A stretch of DNA of 64,000 bases from Epiperipatus broadwayi (GCA_028023455.1 JAQFVV010000008.1:4960001-5024000); one strand, 5' to 3'; positions 24,621 through 39,194 are shown, counted from the first letter of the stretch. Numbers and translations are program-made. The notes: a model not told the origin generated them from the sequence alone.

Positions 24621-26949
24621 ATTAAAAAAAAACCTTATAGTATACAGTTTTAAGTTTTTAAGTAGATCATAGTCAATTACTTGTTTTTAAAATAATAAGA
24701 TTTAAAAAATTTTAAGTAAACTTTTTTAAGGACAAACCAAGTTACTTGTTCTCCCAATCTGTAATCTTTTTTTCCCCCTCAGAGTAACCTCATCTGCGTT
24801 TTGTTAATTTATTCCAAATTGCATTTTCCCATTTTTTGTTTTTTCCACTTGCTAGTTACATGTAGTTTAACTATTTTTAAAACAAATATTATCTGTTTAA
24901 ACTATTTATTATAAATAAAAAAAAACAATATCTTTCATGAACTGAATAAAAATATTTTCAGTTAAATCAATTTAGGTCATTTTGATTTTATTTTTCTATA
25001 GACTAGATCTGAGACTACTTTTATAAAATCTTAATCCACAAAATTCATAAAATAAACCAAGATTTTTTCATAAAACTTTAATACTAGATGCACACAGACA
25101 TGATTATCTATCTATATAACACATATTTCTATTTAGAAGATTAGATTTGCACTTCTTACAATTTTAAGTATTATCAAATAATTACTTATTATCAAATATT
25201 ATTAATTTATAGTTTGTTATTTTATCTTTTATATAGCTTTGAAAATAAATATTTTACCCAGGATTTATACCATTTATACTACTTTGATTTAACTAAACCC
25301 AAGTTCAAACCCTATGATAATTAAAGTGACTTATTTTTTCTTGGTTAATAAGTAAATATTTTTTGACTTTATAAAATTTAAAATTATGCATCTTAAATTT
25401 TTTTTGCAATTTGTTTTATGATGGGGTGTACTAATAAAAAGGGCACAATATATATTTAATAGTCCTCACTTTATTCCATTATCTTTTATGCTGCTACTAA
25501 AGCACTATTTTGTACACTCACTACAATGCAATACAAAATGTTTATTAAATTTTCCAATTCAGCCGTCAGCTTTATCTGTAATGAATTTATAATTATTTGC
25601 ATGTTTATACTAATATTTTAATAACAATAGTATTTTTAAATATTATGTATTTACAGCTCTGCAGAAATCTTTGTATAATTGAAAATATCAATTGGATTGG
25701 AAAATTTAATAAAAAGTATTATATTGCATTCTAATGAGTTTATAAAGAAATATTTTAATATTATCGTTTTATATTAGAAAGTGTATATAATACTATTTCA
25801 GTAGCTAAGGATCACAATAATATCTTAACTGTTTTATTAAAATTACTTAATATGAAATTAACAATGACTCTTCAGTACTAATATAACTAATTTCAAGATA
25901 GAAGTTGAAGAGAGCTATAAAAATCATCATAGTTTATAAATACAAAGCAAAATTATTCACAGTCTTTTGAATTATTACAGTGTAAATAATAAGTTAAAAT
26001 AACTATATGAAGTTAATTTGACTATACTTTAACATACATAGTATTCATTCACTAACGGAATAAAGCTGAGGAATTACATATTCATACATATATAATCTAC
26101 TTTATTTTAGGATTTTACTTTTATGTATATCTTTTAAAGTATGTTTTATTATTAAATTTGATATTATATTCCAATATTTTTTAAATAATCAATAAAGTTT
26201 AATTATTCCCATTTCAACTATTTTTGAATTTGCAATTTTTTTAAAGTATTTAAAATGCAAAACTCATTAAAATTCTTTAGTTTTTATTGGCAAAGTTTTA
26301 TAAAGATAGTTATTTCTGTTTTTATTAAGGTTTTTAAAACTTTTCTATATATATAATTTTAAAAATGTCTGAACATTTATTAAAAAAAATAGTAAATCAA
26401 AAAATATTTTAAAAAGTATATTCTTTTTTTTTTAAAAAAAAAAAAAAACTTTATTCATAGAAAAGGTATATTCTTTGCTTAAAATATATATTTTCAATAA
26501 TATTATAGTCAACCTATTTTTGACATTATTAGCATTATTTTAACATCATGAAAAGGCAACTTCATCATCTTCTACCTTTAACTTTTTTTAAATAAATACA
26601 ACTTTGGCACAGTCACATACATATGCTTATATATAAGATGTCGTTCAGCTTTTATATATGCTTTGCTAAATTACTACTGTGGCTAATCAAATGCACATCT
26701 TGTATGGCAGAATATCAAATTGTAATCTATAGTATAATAATATTTCTATAAATTCGTCTAATATATAGTTAAAAAATATATAATAAATATATTTTCAGTC
26801 AACAATATTTTTTCAACTGCTTTATTTTGAAGATTTTTTTTCTTGGTATTCTAAAATACTTCTTATATTAGAATATATACATTTCCGTATTTACATTTAA
26901 ACACAGGAGATAGTCTAACATATTCACTACTCTTTAGTACCAATTACAG

Positions 26950-28130
26950 AGTTCAAGTATATGTTTAAAAATCAGTTTGATAAAAATTAGTGAATATTTA
27001 AAATATCATCATTTTCAACCACCATCAATTTTTTGTAGAATTAAAGTTTCTGAATTTACTCTAACTTTTTCAATAAATAGCTTCTCTCCCCTACATCAAC
27101 CTTTTTATCTCATTCATTCTTCTCATGTGTAATCTCTTTCAAATCTTCTATAATAACTTGGAATATGGTTAAAAATTCTAATTGTTGTCTATTTTTATTT
27201 TCTTTTGTAACATGTTTAGCCCAATTTTATTTTAGCCTCTTAATTTCTGTAATGATGCAGTAGTACTTCAATGTTTTCTCACATGTGTATTTTCTTTCAA
27301 TTCCATTTTGTAATCTCAACATCAAATTTGCTAATATATGGTTAGCATTATCTGTATTGTCTATGTATTAAGTGTTTAAATATTATATTCATAAGTAATC
27401 TTTAATAAATATTTTTTTTCAATGACATTGACATTTTTATTTGCAATCTCTATCTCAGCATGATTCTTTCCATTTGCTACTCTATGGTGAGCATTTTCTG
27501 TATATAACATCTTTTAAATATCCACATTTCAAATCCAGAAGTAAGCTCTGATAAAAGACATTTATGAAAACCCTTTCTTCTCAATCACATAAGCATATTT
27601 TCCTTGAATATTAAGTTATTTCTAGCAAAAGCACTCTATCTATATCTATCCTGTGAATAATTTTATTATATTTCCTCCTTCATTCATAATTTAACAAAAA
27701 TATTTGCAGTTGTTTACTTCTCCAAATTCACTACTGTTACTTTCTGTTTACTGCTTTTGAAAAACTCATTGATCGTTGTAGAATCATTTTAGCATTTATT
27801 ATTAGTTCTACTTTTTTGCTTTTATTCTATATTTCTTATAATGTTTTCATAAGCTTAAGGGAATTGTTTTCAAAATCAATTGCATTATTTGCACAATCTC
27901 ATTTATTTATATTCTTTTAGCTTTCTATTTTAATCTATAAAATATTTTCTGTGAAAATGCTGTAAAAAGTTTTGTAAAAATAGAATTACTCTACTGTACA
28001 TCCTTAATAATGTTAATTTTTTCAAAAACATCATATCATTCAATCATTGTTATTGCATTTAATGTATATTTCTCAGAATTTAATAATATCTTGTTACTAT
28101 ATCATGACATTTCCAAATTACTGCAAAATA
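26950..28130 (-). mobile_element. RTE-clade LINE remnant (RT and C-terminal region)
   Basis: Minus strand: IIKDVQ*SNSIFTKLFTA (cf. RGVRQGD.ISPKLFTA); CLLSELTSGFEMW..QMERIML (cf. LP.LTYG.ETW..MER.ML); IITEIKRLK*NWAKHV (cf. I..LKW.WAGHV). Confidence 0.75.
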
Positions 28131-28713
28131 TACTAAACATTAAATTTGGGTAAGAAATATCTATTTATGTGCCATGTAAGTTATTATGATATGGGAAAGT
28201 GCCTTGAAGGAATAAATTCATCTCTAAAATAAGAATTCATATTGATTCTGTTTGGCCTTTTTATTTTTTATGAATGATTATTTTCTTATTTTTATGATAT
28301 TATTGAATTCTAAATTTACTGGAGATTTATCCAGTGTTATCTTTAATCCCTATTAGGGTCAGGGTGGATTTTATCCTAACCTCTAATCTTGTATTCTTTC
28401 ATGGTGTGACTAAATCCACTTTAATTTTTTTGTTTGATTTATTACTATTAATATTAGTTGCTTCTTTTGATTGTATATTATTGCAGTTATAGCATTTTTA
28501 TTTGGTTTCTGGCAAACTGAGTAGAAGAGAAAATCTACATCTCCTGGACTAGTTTGCTTGTATTTACACTTTGTGGATATGCATTTTAATTTACATTGTG
28601 GAAAATATTTTATGTAGAAAGTTTCTATTATGTTCTTTCTTAGAAAATTAAACATGGGGAAGGAGCTAATAATTTTTATTAGTGATTCAATACATAATGA
28701 TGTATTTTCAGTT

Positions 28714-29282
28714 TTAAAAATAAATCCTAGATATTATATAGAATAAATATCTTTATCTAACAACAAAATAATATATGACAATATCTGTAATATAATCATA
28801 TAATTATAACATATAAAAGCTCTTTTTGGCAATTTTTAAATATTTGCCCTTTTCAATATATCTTAACTACAAAAATAACCTATATTGCATACATAATGAC
28901 ATCTACTGGCTCTATACACAAGCCTATAATTTATGCTTTAATATCTGTATAATGACACATATTAATATGCATTGTTATACAGATATTAAAGCATATATTA
29001 TAGGCTTGTGTTAATTTTATATAGAGCCTGTAGAATGTGTTATTATACAGATATTAAAGCATAAATTATAGGCTTATGTTAATTTTATATAGAGCTGGTA
29101 GATGTCACTATGTATGCAATATAAGTTATTTTTGTAGTTAAGACATACTGAAAAAAGCAAAAATTTCCAAAAAGAGCTTTTATATGTTATAATTATATGA
29201 TTATATTACAGATATTGTCATATATTATTTTGTTGTTAGATAAAGATATTTATTCTATATAATATCTAGGATTTATTTTTAA
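28714..29282. mobile_element. ~570-bp foldback (MITE-like) element
   Basis: TTAAAAATAAATCCTAGATATTATATAG... is mirrored at the right end; long near-perfect arms; internal ~65-bp duplication; non-coding; TTAA at both ends. Confidence 0.75.
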
Positions 29283-30558
29283 TTTGCATAAGCAACATAA
29301 AGGATTTATTCCTTGTACCTTAGATTTTCAGTTTTGTATATGGTTGGTATGTACCATGCTGAAAGTCTTTTTTTGGTGGGGTGTTAGATTAAGTTATATT
29401 TTCCAATACATAAAAAGACAAATTGTGCACCATATGTGGCTAAAAAAAATATCAAAACTTGTATTTTCAAAAATGAAAAAACAGGTTTTAATTATTCCAT
29501 TTATTACAATTTGAAGCAATGGGTACACATTAACCAAGATTATATATTATCAAGAAAATTTATAGATGATTTTTAATATTGCCTTTTATAGATGTTTATT
29601 AACTTTAAATCTAATATATTTTGAATTTAAATAAGTGTATATTTTTTTCACATACTTTTGTTTTTATAATATTATTTTTTTTATTATTTTTATATTATTT
29701 TTGTTTAAGATCTGTTATTGGAAATTGGCAGAATATAATATGTGGATCAGTAATGCATATTATTGGGGGTTTTTTAGTAGAGAATTTTAAAAGTATTAAA
29801 TTATGCTATTAGAATGGTTTTATCAAAGTATGATGCTATCTTGTAATCTTATTCTGTGTATAAACATTTTCTTAAAAGTGTGTTATGATTTATTTTGATT
29901 AAATGTATGTGAATTATAAATTTCATAATTTTATTGTGATTATTGTTAGGAAGAGTATTGCTTACCAATATTTTTGTTTCATTTCTATTGGCAAAAACTA
30001 TTAATTTTGCATATAATTTAATGCAAAGTATAATGATATGTTATATGATATTCAATTGACCAAACACTTTACTACTTTTACAATACCTTTGCAAATCCAT
30101 GAATATATATATATATAAAATCTAAACAATACCTTTGCAAATCCATGAATATATATATATATAAAATCTAAACAATAAATAATATGTAATATAGACAAAT
30201 GAATTCTGAATAAACAAATTTTAATAGCTATTGATAAATATTATAAATAAATGTTAACCAAAGTTTTATATAGATAAATGCTAAAACAATTATTAAGTAG
30301 ACCATTTCAAAACAAAACTCTCTAAAAAATTTTTAGAATAAAATAATGAAAAAGAAGGCAATTCATCTACTTAGATAAATGCTAGGCAATAGCAATTTAT
30401 ATTTATTCACTATCTAAAAATATCATATATAGCTATTTAATAATAAATAATTGTATGGATACATGAAAATATATTAAGTTTGTTAAACTTGAAAAAATGT
30501 ACAATTTTGCCCAGGTTTAAATCCCAAGTGATGAATATGACAGGAACATGTACTAATT

Positions 30559-30976
30559 CAAGAAGTATAAAAACTACTCTTTCTTATTTCATTGCCAAAC
30601 ATATACCCATAATACTAAATTGTCCATTCATTTTACTGCTGTTACACAATGTTTTATTTACCACCCTTTTTAGTTTACAGTTTCGATTGCTCCAGCAAAC
30701 TTCTTCAGAACTTTATATCTCCTATCCTCAACTCTAAATTCCTTTCAGTATTCCCTTATCTTCTTCAAGAATTATAATAACTACTCTTACTTATTACATT
30801 GCCAAATGTATAACATATAATACTAAATTGTCCGTTCACTTTACCGTTAGGAGATATAAAGTTCTGAAGAAGATTGCTGGGGCAATCCAAACTGTGAATT
30901 GTAAAAAAGGATGGTAAATAAAGCATTGTGTAACAGTAGTAAAGTGAATTGACAATTTAGAATTTTATATGGTAAT
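30559..30976. mobile_element. Non-coding HHR-bearing foldback insertion (family E)
   Basis: 11-bp direct repeat ATGTACTAATT at 30548-30558 and 30977-30987; inverted arms ~30611-30723 / 30848-30962; partial direct repeat of the left part at ~30762-30845. Confidence 0.8.
30672..30712 (-). ncRNA. Type I minimal hammerhead ribozyme, core intact (family E); mutated partner at 30860-30900 (+)
   Basis: AGTT-CTGAAGA-A-GTTTGC(tgga)GCAATC-GAAAC-T-GTA-AACT: stem I AGTT/AACT, stem II, GAAA, GUA cleavage triplet. Confidence 0.8.
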
Positions 30977-32294
30977 ATGTACTAATTAATGTTCTTTTAA
31001 ACTCTTTATACATATAGACACATATGTGTTTAGATATGTAATTATTTTCATATAATAATAACTATAATAAATGACTAAAATGTAATATGTTTGTATATAA
31101 TGCTATTCTTAAACAAAATTCTTTAATCTCATCAAAAGTTCAATACTATAAAGTATTCATAAAATATATTTCTCTAGATAAATTACTAAATAAGTAACTA
31201 TTCTATTCAGCACCAAATCAATAATAATTCATGACAGTACAATTCATTTTATTTTTAAAATTGCGAAAGTTGTTTCTTCCTACAATCGCAAATTACCAAT
31301 TTCTCAAATTAGTTCATAATATTAATGACTTATTTAACTACAATTGTTAAAATTAAAGTTGTTAAATTGTATTGTAAATGATAGCAGTGTATGTATCTAA
31401 TTATAGATTGATGCTTAATAAATATTTTAATAATGATTTGTCCTGTACATAAAAGTGAATTTATTTTAGTTATATGTAATTGCAAGATACTTTTGTATGA
31501 CTTCATTATTATTTGTTAATTCTAATTTCATTAATATTAAAATAAGTGTTAAAATATTTTTCTTTTTCATAATATATTTATTTCACAATACAAATGTTTT
31601 AAACAAATTATAACTTGAAAATACGTGAAATAACATTTTTGTCTTATCATTATATAAAAAAAATTGCTAGTGCTGTATATGAGAGATTTTAGGTCATAAT
31701 ATATATATAGTGAAATATATTCTCTCTTAAAACTGTCTTTTTTTATAATCTTATGGCCAATGGTAAAGTTAAAAATATTTAAATTTTATCCTACAAATAG
31801 ACATATTTTTATTGTGTATACTAATCATTCTAATATTTTTTTTAAAAAAAAACATCATAAATATAATGCATAATTTACAATCATCATTAGTAAATAGTTA
31901 AATGTATTTATTATTTACATTTTCAATTAGCACCAATCATAAACTATTTTTAAAAAAAAATTCTTGTGTTTACTTGATATTCATTCATCCAATGATCTTA
32001 TTAGTTCATTATTAACATAGCTTATTATAAGTACATAAAATTTCAATTTTTATGATTATAATTAAACTGAAATTAATTCACTTTATGAAATTAAAAAGTA
32101 TGTTTTATGAATTGGATATAAATATTATACTGGTGTTTTTATTTTTCAGAATTTATAACTGTCATAGCACATAACTGTTATTAAACAGGCAAAACTCTCC
32201 ATACAGTAGTGCCACCCTGTGCCAACCAGAGTAATCAAAGGATGTCAGAAGGTTCATGCATAAAATCCCCATCTTGTGCCTGCTCATCCAATAT

Positions 32295-32334
32295 CCCCAG
32301 ACTAGTTTCTGGCTTGTGGCCTTCATCAGTGAGG
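32295..32334 (-). ncRNA. Type I minimal hammerhead ribozyme (family A), best-preserved copy
   Basis: CCTCA-CTGATGA-A-GGC(cacaa)GCC-A-GAAAC-TA-GTC-TGGGG: stem I CCTCA/TGGGG, palindromic loopless stem III, GUC triplet. Confidence 0.85.
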
Positions 32335-32763
32335 AGCCTTGGATTTGAGAGCACTGCACCTAGATTTTAAAATCTAATGTAAACCTCCAGCAACCACTTT
32401 TTTATCTCTACTTAACTAGAAAAATATGAGAATGAAATAATATTTTCATGCACAAACCTTCTGGCATACATTGACTACTCTGGTTGGCACAGGGTATGGT
32501 CATATGATGTTTAGTGGTTTAACACTAATCCTGCCTAATAGAATAGTGGTAGCTATGGTTGTTAAAAAAGCCAGACACCAAAATGTATGGGTGCTAAACT
32601 GAGTTCAGACCCATTTGACTATATAATCTATTGAGCTTAGATTGTAAATATTGTGTTTTCAATTTCATTCTCATAGATTTGTAGTTAAATAGAAATAAAA
32701 GGTGGATTATGGAGGTTGTATTAGATCCTAAGATCTAAGTGCAGTGCTCTCAGATCCAAGGCT

Positions 32764-32803
32764 CCTCACTGACAAAGGCTACAAGTCAGAAACTAGTCTG
32801 GGG
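32764..32803 (+). ncRNA. Hammerhead ribozyme family A, core mutated (CTGACAA)
   Basis: CCTCA-CTGACAA-AGGCTACAAGTCA-GAAACTAGTC-TGGGG. Confidence 0.75.
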
Positions 32804-33219
32804 ATATTGGATGAATAGGCACTAGATGGGGGATTTTATGTACAAATGTCCTGGCATACATTGATTACTCTGGTTGGCACAAGATGGCACAATTGTATGG
32901 AGAGTTTTGCTTGTTTAATAACAGTTATGTGCTAGCCTAAGAGATGGTAATCATATGATGTTTAGTATTTTAACACCAATCTTGCCTAATAAGATAGAGG
33001 TGGCTATGATTGTTAAAAAACCAAAAACCCAAAAATGTATGAGTGCTGAACTGAGTTCAGACCCATATGACTATATAAGCTATTGAGCTTAGATTGAAAA
33101 TATTATTGTGTTTTCAATTTTATTTTCATAGTTTTGTAGTTAAGTAGCAATAAAAGGTGCCTGCTGGAGGGTTGCATTAGATCCTAAGATCTAGGTGCAA
33201 TGCTCTCAAATTCAAGGAT

Positions 33220-33255
33220 CCTCACTGATGGCCACAGCCAGAAACTAGTCTGGGG
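33220..33255 (+). ncRNA. Hammerhead ribozyme family A with a small core/stem II deletion
   Basis: CCTCA-CTGATG-GCCACAGCCA-GAAACTAGTC-TGGGG. Confidence 0.7.
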
Positions 33256-33485
33256 ATATTGAATGAGTAGTCACTAGATGGGAATTTTAGGCACAAACCT
33301 TCTGGCATCCATTGATTACTCTGGTTGGCACAGGGTGGCACTACTCTATGGAGAGTTTTGTGTGTTTAATTTATAACTGTGGTATATATATTTGTTTTGA
33401 AAGTTAGAAATATTTATAGTATATATATATATTATAGAATATATCATACAAACATCACATGATCACCATTTCTTATGCTTGGTTA

Positions 33486-33700
33486 TAACTGTTATTAAAA
33501 CAGGCAAAATTCTCCATACAGTATTGCCACTCAGTGTAACAAGCCTTCTGGCATCCATTGATTACTCTGCCTTGCACTGAGTTGCAATACTGTATGGAGA
33601 GTTTTGCCTGTTTTAATATATATATATATATATTAAATCACCACATATGGTTAAGAAATCTGGTACCTCGATTTCTTAACCAAGTGCAGTGATTTGATAT
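33486..33700. repeat. Two small hairpins; the first (33486-33617) is built from family A fragments
   Basis: TTAAAACAGGCAAAATTCTCCATACAGTATTGC mirrored by GCAATACTGTATGGAGAGTTTTGCCTGTTTTAA; second hairpin GGTTAAGAAATC/GATTTCTTAACC at ~33649-33682. Confidence 0.8.
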
Positions 33701-36501
33701 TTGTATATTTATTTCATTATAGAGTTATGCACTGGGATTATTTTATTTATATATATCAAAATTATTTACCAAATATACTAATATGGTATATGGCAATGCA
33801 CATAAAAAGTTGCATACATTATCACAAAATATTACAACTATAAAAAATATGAATTAGATAAAGTTTAAATAAATGAGTATAGAATAAGTAACAGAAAGCT
33901 GATTGCAGATTCTCTGATCATTGTTTCAATTAAGATTATTACAATGGTATAAAACCTTTGTGTACAGAGAAGATAAAGTTTTCATAAATATTTGAATTAA
34001 TTTTTGCAATAGAAAATTTAAAAAAAAAAACGTTAGAGAACCAGTAAATAAAAAGAATAACTGTCAGTATATTGATAACTAATTAAAACCAGAATGATTT
34101 CATATCTATTTTAATAATGTAATAACTTTCTCTTCATAATTAAGATTGGTTATACAAAAAAAATCTAACTAATACTACTTTAGACTCAATAATATATTTT
34201 TATTTTTAAATATGCGAAGTGTAATATCTTGTGAAACTTACAAACATTTATTAGTAATTTAGTACATGAATAAACTAATGTTAAAAGTTCTTATGAAATG
34301 GCACATATAACAATTTTTGTTAAAATAAACTTGACATTTTTTATATAATAAATAAACTTCAGTGATTTTAGAGGCACACAGAACTTGCAACTCTAAGCAT
34401 ATATTTTATGTGCCCATGTGTAATAGTCCTTATTACATTAAGCAGAAGTAAGGATTACATATGTTTCCTTAGCTTAAATCATGGTAAAGATAACAGTCAA
34501 TCTCATTCTGAAGTCCTTTCAAATAAAGCAGTAATGTGATATGTTATTTTCGCTTAATGAAAACACTTTCTAATAATTTAGACAGCTATAATCAATCACA
34601 ATTAAAAAATCTACATTATCGGTAAAAAAAATTCATATGATAATATTAGTTGTTTATGAATTTTATCTTAAAATTAAAATGTACAATAATATTTTTATTT
34701 AAATAGAATAAAAATATTTGATTTTTTAAAATTAATTATTTATAAAAAAATTTTATATATATTTTATTATTCCGACTTGTTTTAAGTGCTAACTCAATAT
34801 TTATCAATTGATATGATTTATTAAATTTAAATATTTTTGTTTTTTAAAATTAATACATGCTGATCACAATTTTAAACACATAATCTATCACTATATTTTA
34901 ATCATATTTTTTATATTTAAACTCAATTTCTCTGCACATTTATTAATAATATATATATATATTAATAATATTTACAAATATAAAATAAATGCCAAATTGA
35001 GTTTATAAGGTAATAAGTTGTTATACTAAATATCTATACATTTGCTAATATGTCTCAAACAGAACATCACCAGATACACTACAATCTGTTTTGGTCCAAA
35101 ACTAATAACAATTATATTTAATTATCTCATACTAATTGACTTGTTTTGGCCAACCCATTTATGACATATAACGATTTCATAATTTATATAATTCTTGACT
35201 TTATCTTACTCATGTATTGCATGTAGTTAATTTCTTCCAATATATGCTTGCATCATATTTTAATAAGAAGTTTAGAAACTTTATGTCATATATATGATAG
35301 AATCTTTTATTCAAATAAACAATAAAAGTGACTATATTATTATCCACTACTGTTATAAGTTCACATTCATTAGTAAATATCAAACTATTATTTAGCAGAC
35401 ATATGTAATTTAGATTAGTCTAACAAAAATTGGTAATTTTTTTTATATTTTTTTATTCTTAATAAATGTAAGACATTAATGGTAAGATAATAAATGAAAA
35501 TATTTAATTTTTTTCTATATTAGAATAATTAAAAATAAAATGGTAAAATTATTTGAGACATTTGAATATTATCGAGCCGTTTCATTATAGAAACTGTAAA
35601 GAAAATATGTCAAGAAGAAAAAACTTCAAGATGATACTTTTAAAAGTCTACAAAATGTACATGGACAAAGGAGTATGTTCTTGCATATTTTCTCAGAAGT
35701 GCAATTTTTGGAAAGAAGCACAAAAATATAATCCTGTTTGGGCAGCTTTTTTGATATAAAAACATGGAACTCATTTTTTATGTTCTTCTATATAAAAATT
35801 CCAAATTTTTAAAAACAATCTCACAGAAAATAATAATTCTCATAAAGCAGCAAAAAGCCATAGACAAAAGAAATTAATTTTCTATGCCTAATAAATAGTC
35901 TTTCAGCTTCTTCTAGAAAAAATAAGATATTGCAAAAAGATTTTTTAAGTAATCTTTCTCTTGATCAGAATGATTCTGCATTATTTAAATACTTATAATA
36001 AAATATTTCAAAATATAGACTAGTATAAATCACAGAAGCTGATAAAAGCTCAACTAAGAAAATTTAAAAATCACCACTCAATCAATCTATCCTTTCCAAC
36101 CAAAAAATAAATTCTTTAAGTTTTCATAGAATTAAATCTAAATAAACAGCTATTATGAGAGTAGTAATAAATTCATGTTTTATTAGCATGTTGTAATTAA
36201 GTAATGCAGAATAAGCTCTTCATAACTATCATTCATGTTTGCTAATAAGGTTTAAATTTCAACTAATAATACAGAGAGCAAAATCATTAAACATTATTAT
36301 TCTACTAACTCTTATATCACATATATATTTATTTATTTTCTTATATTCTTTAACAATATATTCAGTACCACACTGATAATTTTCTTTTCTTTTTTTTTTG
36401 TGGATAAATGATATTTAACATAATTATAAAATATATTGCGAATCTATTAGAAAATAAAAATTAAGAATGTAATCAGATTCTTTAAACAGATAAATACTCT
36501 T

Positions 36502-36543
<42 letters not shown>

Positions 36544-39194
36544 TCAAATAGGCTGTCCCGTTATAATATATATATATATATATATATCTGACTTTGATGG
36601 CAAAATGAATTAATTATAATTGAATTTCGTTAAAGTTACAAATGGTTTTAAAATACTGTAGCATTTAATCCATCCTTGTATAATAGATATTTTATATAAT
36701 ACTTATATTTTTCTATAAATATTATTTTCCTGAACTCAAAATTCTTGTTATTCTTTTTATATGATTAGTGCTAACAAAAATATAAAGATTTAAAACTAAA
36801 GAAAATGATTTTTACATAAAATGATAGAAATTCTTTTGGAAACAATATAATAATTTTTCTAATATCTCTAAAAGAAAAAGTAATAAAGATAGTGATTATG
36901 ATTAAAATTTGAAAGTAATTTGTATCCTTTTAAAGAATACTATATATATATATATATAATATGGTTGGATTTTTCACCCTTTTATTTGCACAAATACCAA
37001 AATATTGTTTTTTCACAAATAAAATGTATATTTATTGTATTTATACATATATACTAGTCATCCTGTTTCCATAGTATTAAATTCCATGTCTTTTCAGAGA
37101 TAAATGAAAAAGTGAATAATAGTAACTCATATAATTTATGTGTTTATATACATATACCTAAAATATCTAATTATGTTTCGATATATGTATTAAATACAAC
37201 AAAATAGTATAATATAGTCATGAATAAGAAAGAATTATAATAAAATGAGAAAGATGTACTCACCTCTCTGTCTGGATGCACATTAGTACATCCTGAGCAT
37301 ACAGGACTAAAAAAATAGTTGCTAATTGATGATTCATAATGGTGTTCATGTAGGCAAGCATATTAATAAAATTTATGAATTCAAAATTATGAACTTTTAA
37401 TATTTTATATATATAATTATTATTATTTTTTCTGGATTATTTATTTTTTAAAAAAAAGAAAGAGTTACTGTTAGTAATAACATTAATAATAAAACTCAAA
37501 ATATTGTAAACTTTTTTTTCAATATTATGGTTTTGAACAATGATCACTGATATGTTACAAATTCACCTACAGATTCAAACATTATACTTAATGCTCAAAC
37601 TTTCATATAAAATTTATGAATTATCTAAAACAATTAAATATTGTTGTTAGAAATAGACCTTCCAGTAATTCTATACATTAAGTATAATCTTTTATGAATA
37701 AGATAAACATCTAAAATTAGTCTGTAAAGCTAGAATATAAGTTTATTGAGTAAAACTAATGACTCATCTAATTTAGTTCATTTAATAATTAGTAAAAATA
37801 AATAATAATTTAAAGTCCATAACATGCAACTACAAAACCACTAACTCTCAAGATGAGAAGCAGAACCATATTAATTATAAAATTTTCAAGACTAATAAAA
37901 TGTTGACAGCATTTACAAACAATGATACTAATATGATAAAGATTTTAGATCTTATAAAAGAACTTCTGTTTAGTCTTCCCCATATCTAGAATATATTCTT
38001 GATCTGAGCAGGAACAATTTGTTAAAACTGAAAAATGTTCCTTGTCCAATGATATCCTCACTATCATTCACCAATCCAATAATGACATAAATATTGTGTA
38101 CTCCAAATTAAATCTATAAATTCCTATGAGAATTTACTTTGTATTAAAGATATAACAAAGAAAATAATTCAAACTATCATCTTTCTCTAGCAGATAAGAC
38201 TTAGTAATAAAAAAAATCTAAAGATAGATACTCATCCTCATTCTTTTATCTTCAATATTTTACTTTTAATAGCTTTGATCAAAATTCAACTAAAATTAAG
38301 TCTATTAAAGATACATCTTATTGAATTAATATGGATCATAATTGTTTTAAAAAAATTGATTAAAAGAATGCATACTGTTGTTTTGTTGTAGGAATTTGAC
38401 TATGTATTATAGAAATAACATTCAAGGATAAATCTACTCAAGATAGACTCAGTAGTAGAGTCAAAATTTTATACATTCAATAATAACATACCAAAGATGC
38501 AAGTTAGTAAAAAATGCATCTTTTGTAAAATTACTAACAGAAGATTTTAACATTTTAATTGATTCATTAAACATGAAATTGAAACCGTTGCAAATTTTAC
38601 CACAATTGTATCCTAAGAAAGCAAGACAATTTTATTTTTTAAAAAAAGTTCAAATACTGGCATTAAAGATTTTAAGTGTTCTGTAATCAAATAAATGTTA
38701 TTTCATTCTATTTAATCAGGTAAAAGCAATTATATTGTACTAGGATATATTTAACTATTATTTCCTTCCAAAATTGTGTGGGTTATTACATTTGGTTATT
38801 GGAAATGTAAAGGGTTATGATATTTTAAAAAATATATCTGAGTGTGAAAATTAATAAAACAAAATTGAAAAATTATAATAAAAATAATCAAATACCTTAT
38901 TTCTCAGGAGTTCATATAAAAATTCACATGAATTTCAAGCACTATAAATTTATTATGATCCATAGACCTTGAACTGTACAGTCCATTACTTTACCAATGC
39001 TCTAATGCATATAAGAAAAGAGTTATAATCATTTTTCAATCATACATGTTATACATTTAGCATGGTTGCAAACAAAATTGTATTTTTAGGATAGAAGAGA
39101 TTAGTTACTTTATTAATGTGAACTTTCACCTTTTTTTGACAATACAAATTGAACTTTTATTGTACCTTATAAACTATTTATTCAAATACCCTGA

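Larger units (their letters stand above)
32163..33367. mobile_element. Retrozyme-like / solo-pLTR insertion (family A): one inverted partial unit plus about two tandem 452-bp units
   Basis: 13-bp direct repeat AATTTATAACTGT at 32150-32162 and 33368-33380; inverted arm 32163-32436; tandem part 32449-33367 with GAAACTAGTC at 32789 and 33241 (period 452). Confidence 0.9.

Noticed and set aside
37840-38330. Possible very old PLE RT remnant
   Set aside because: Only a vague YFTFN-like match; not supportable
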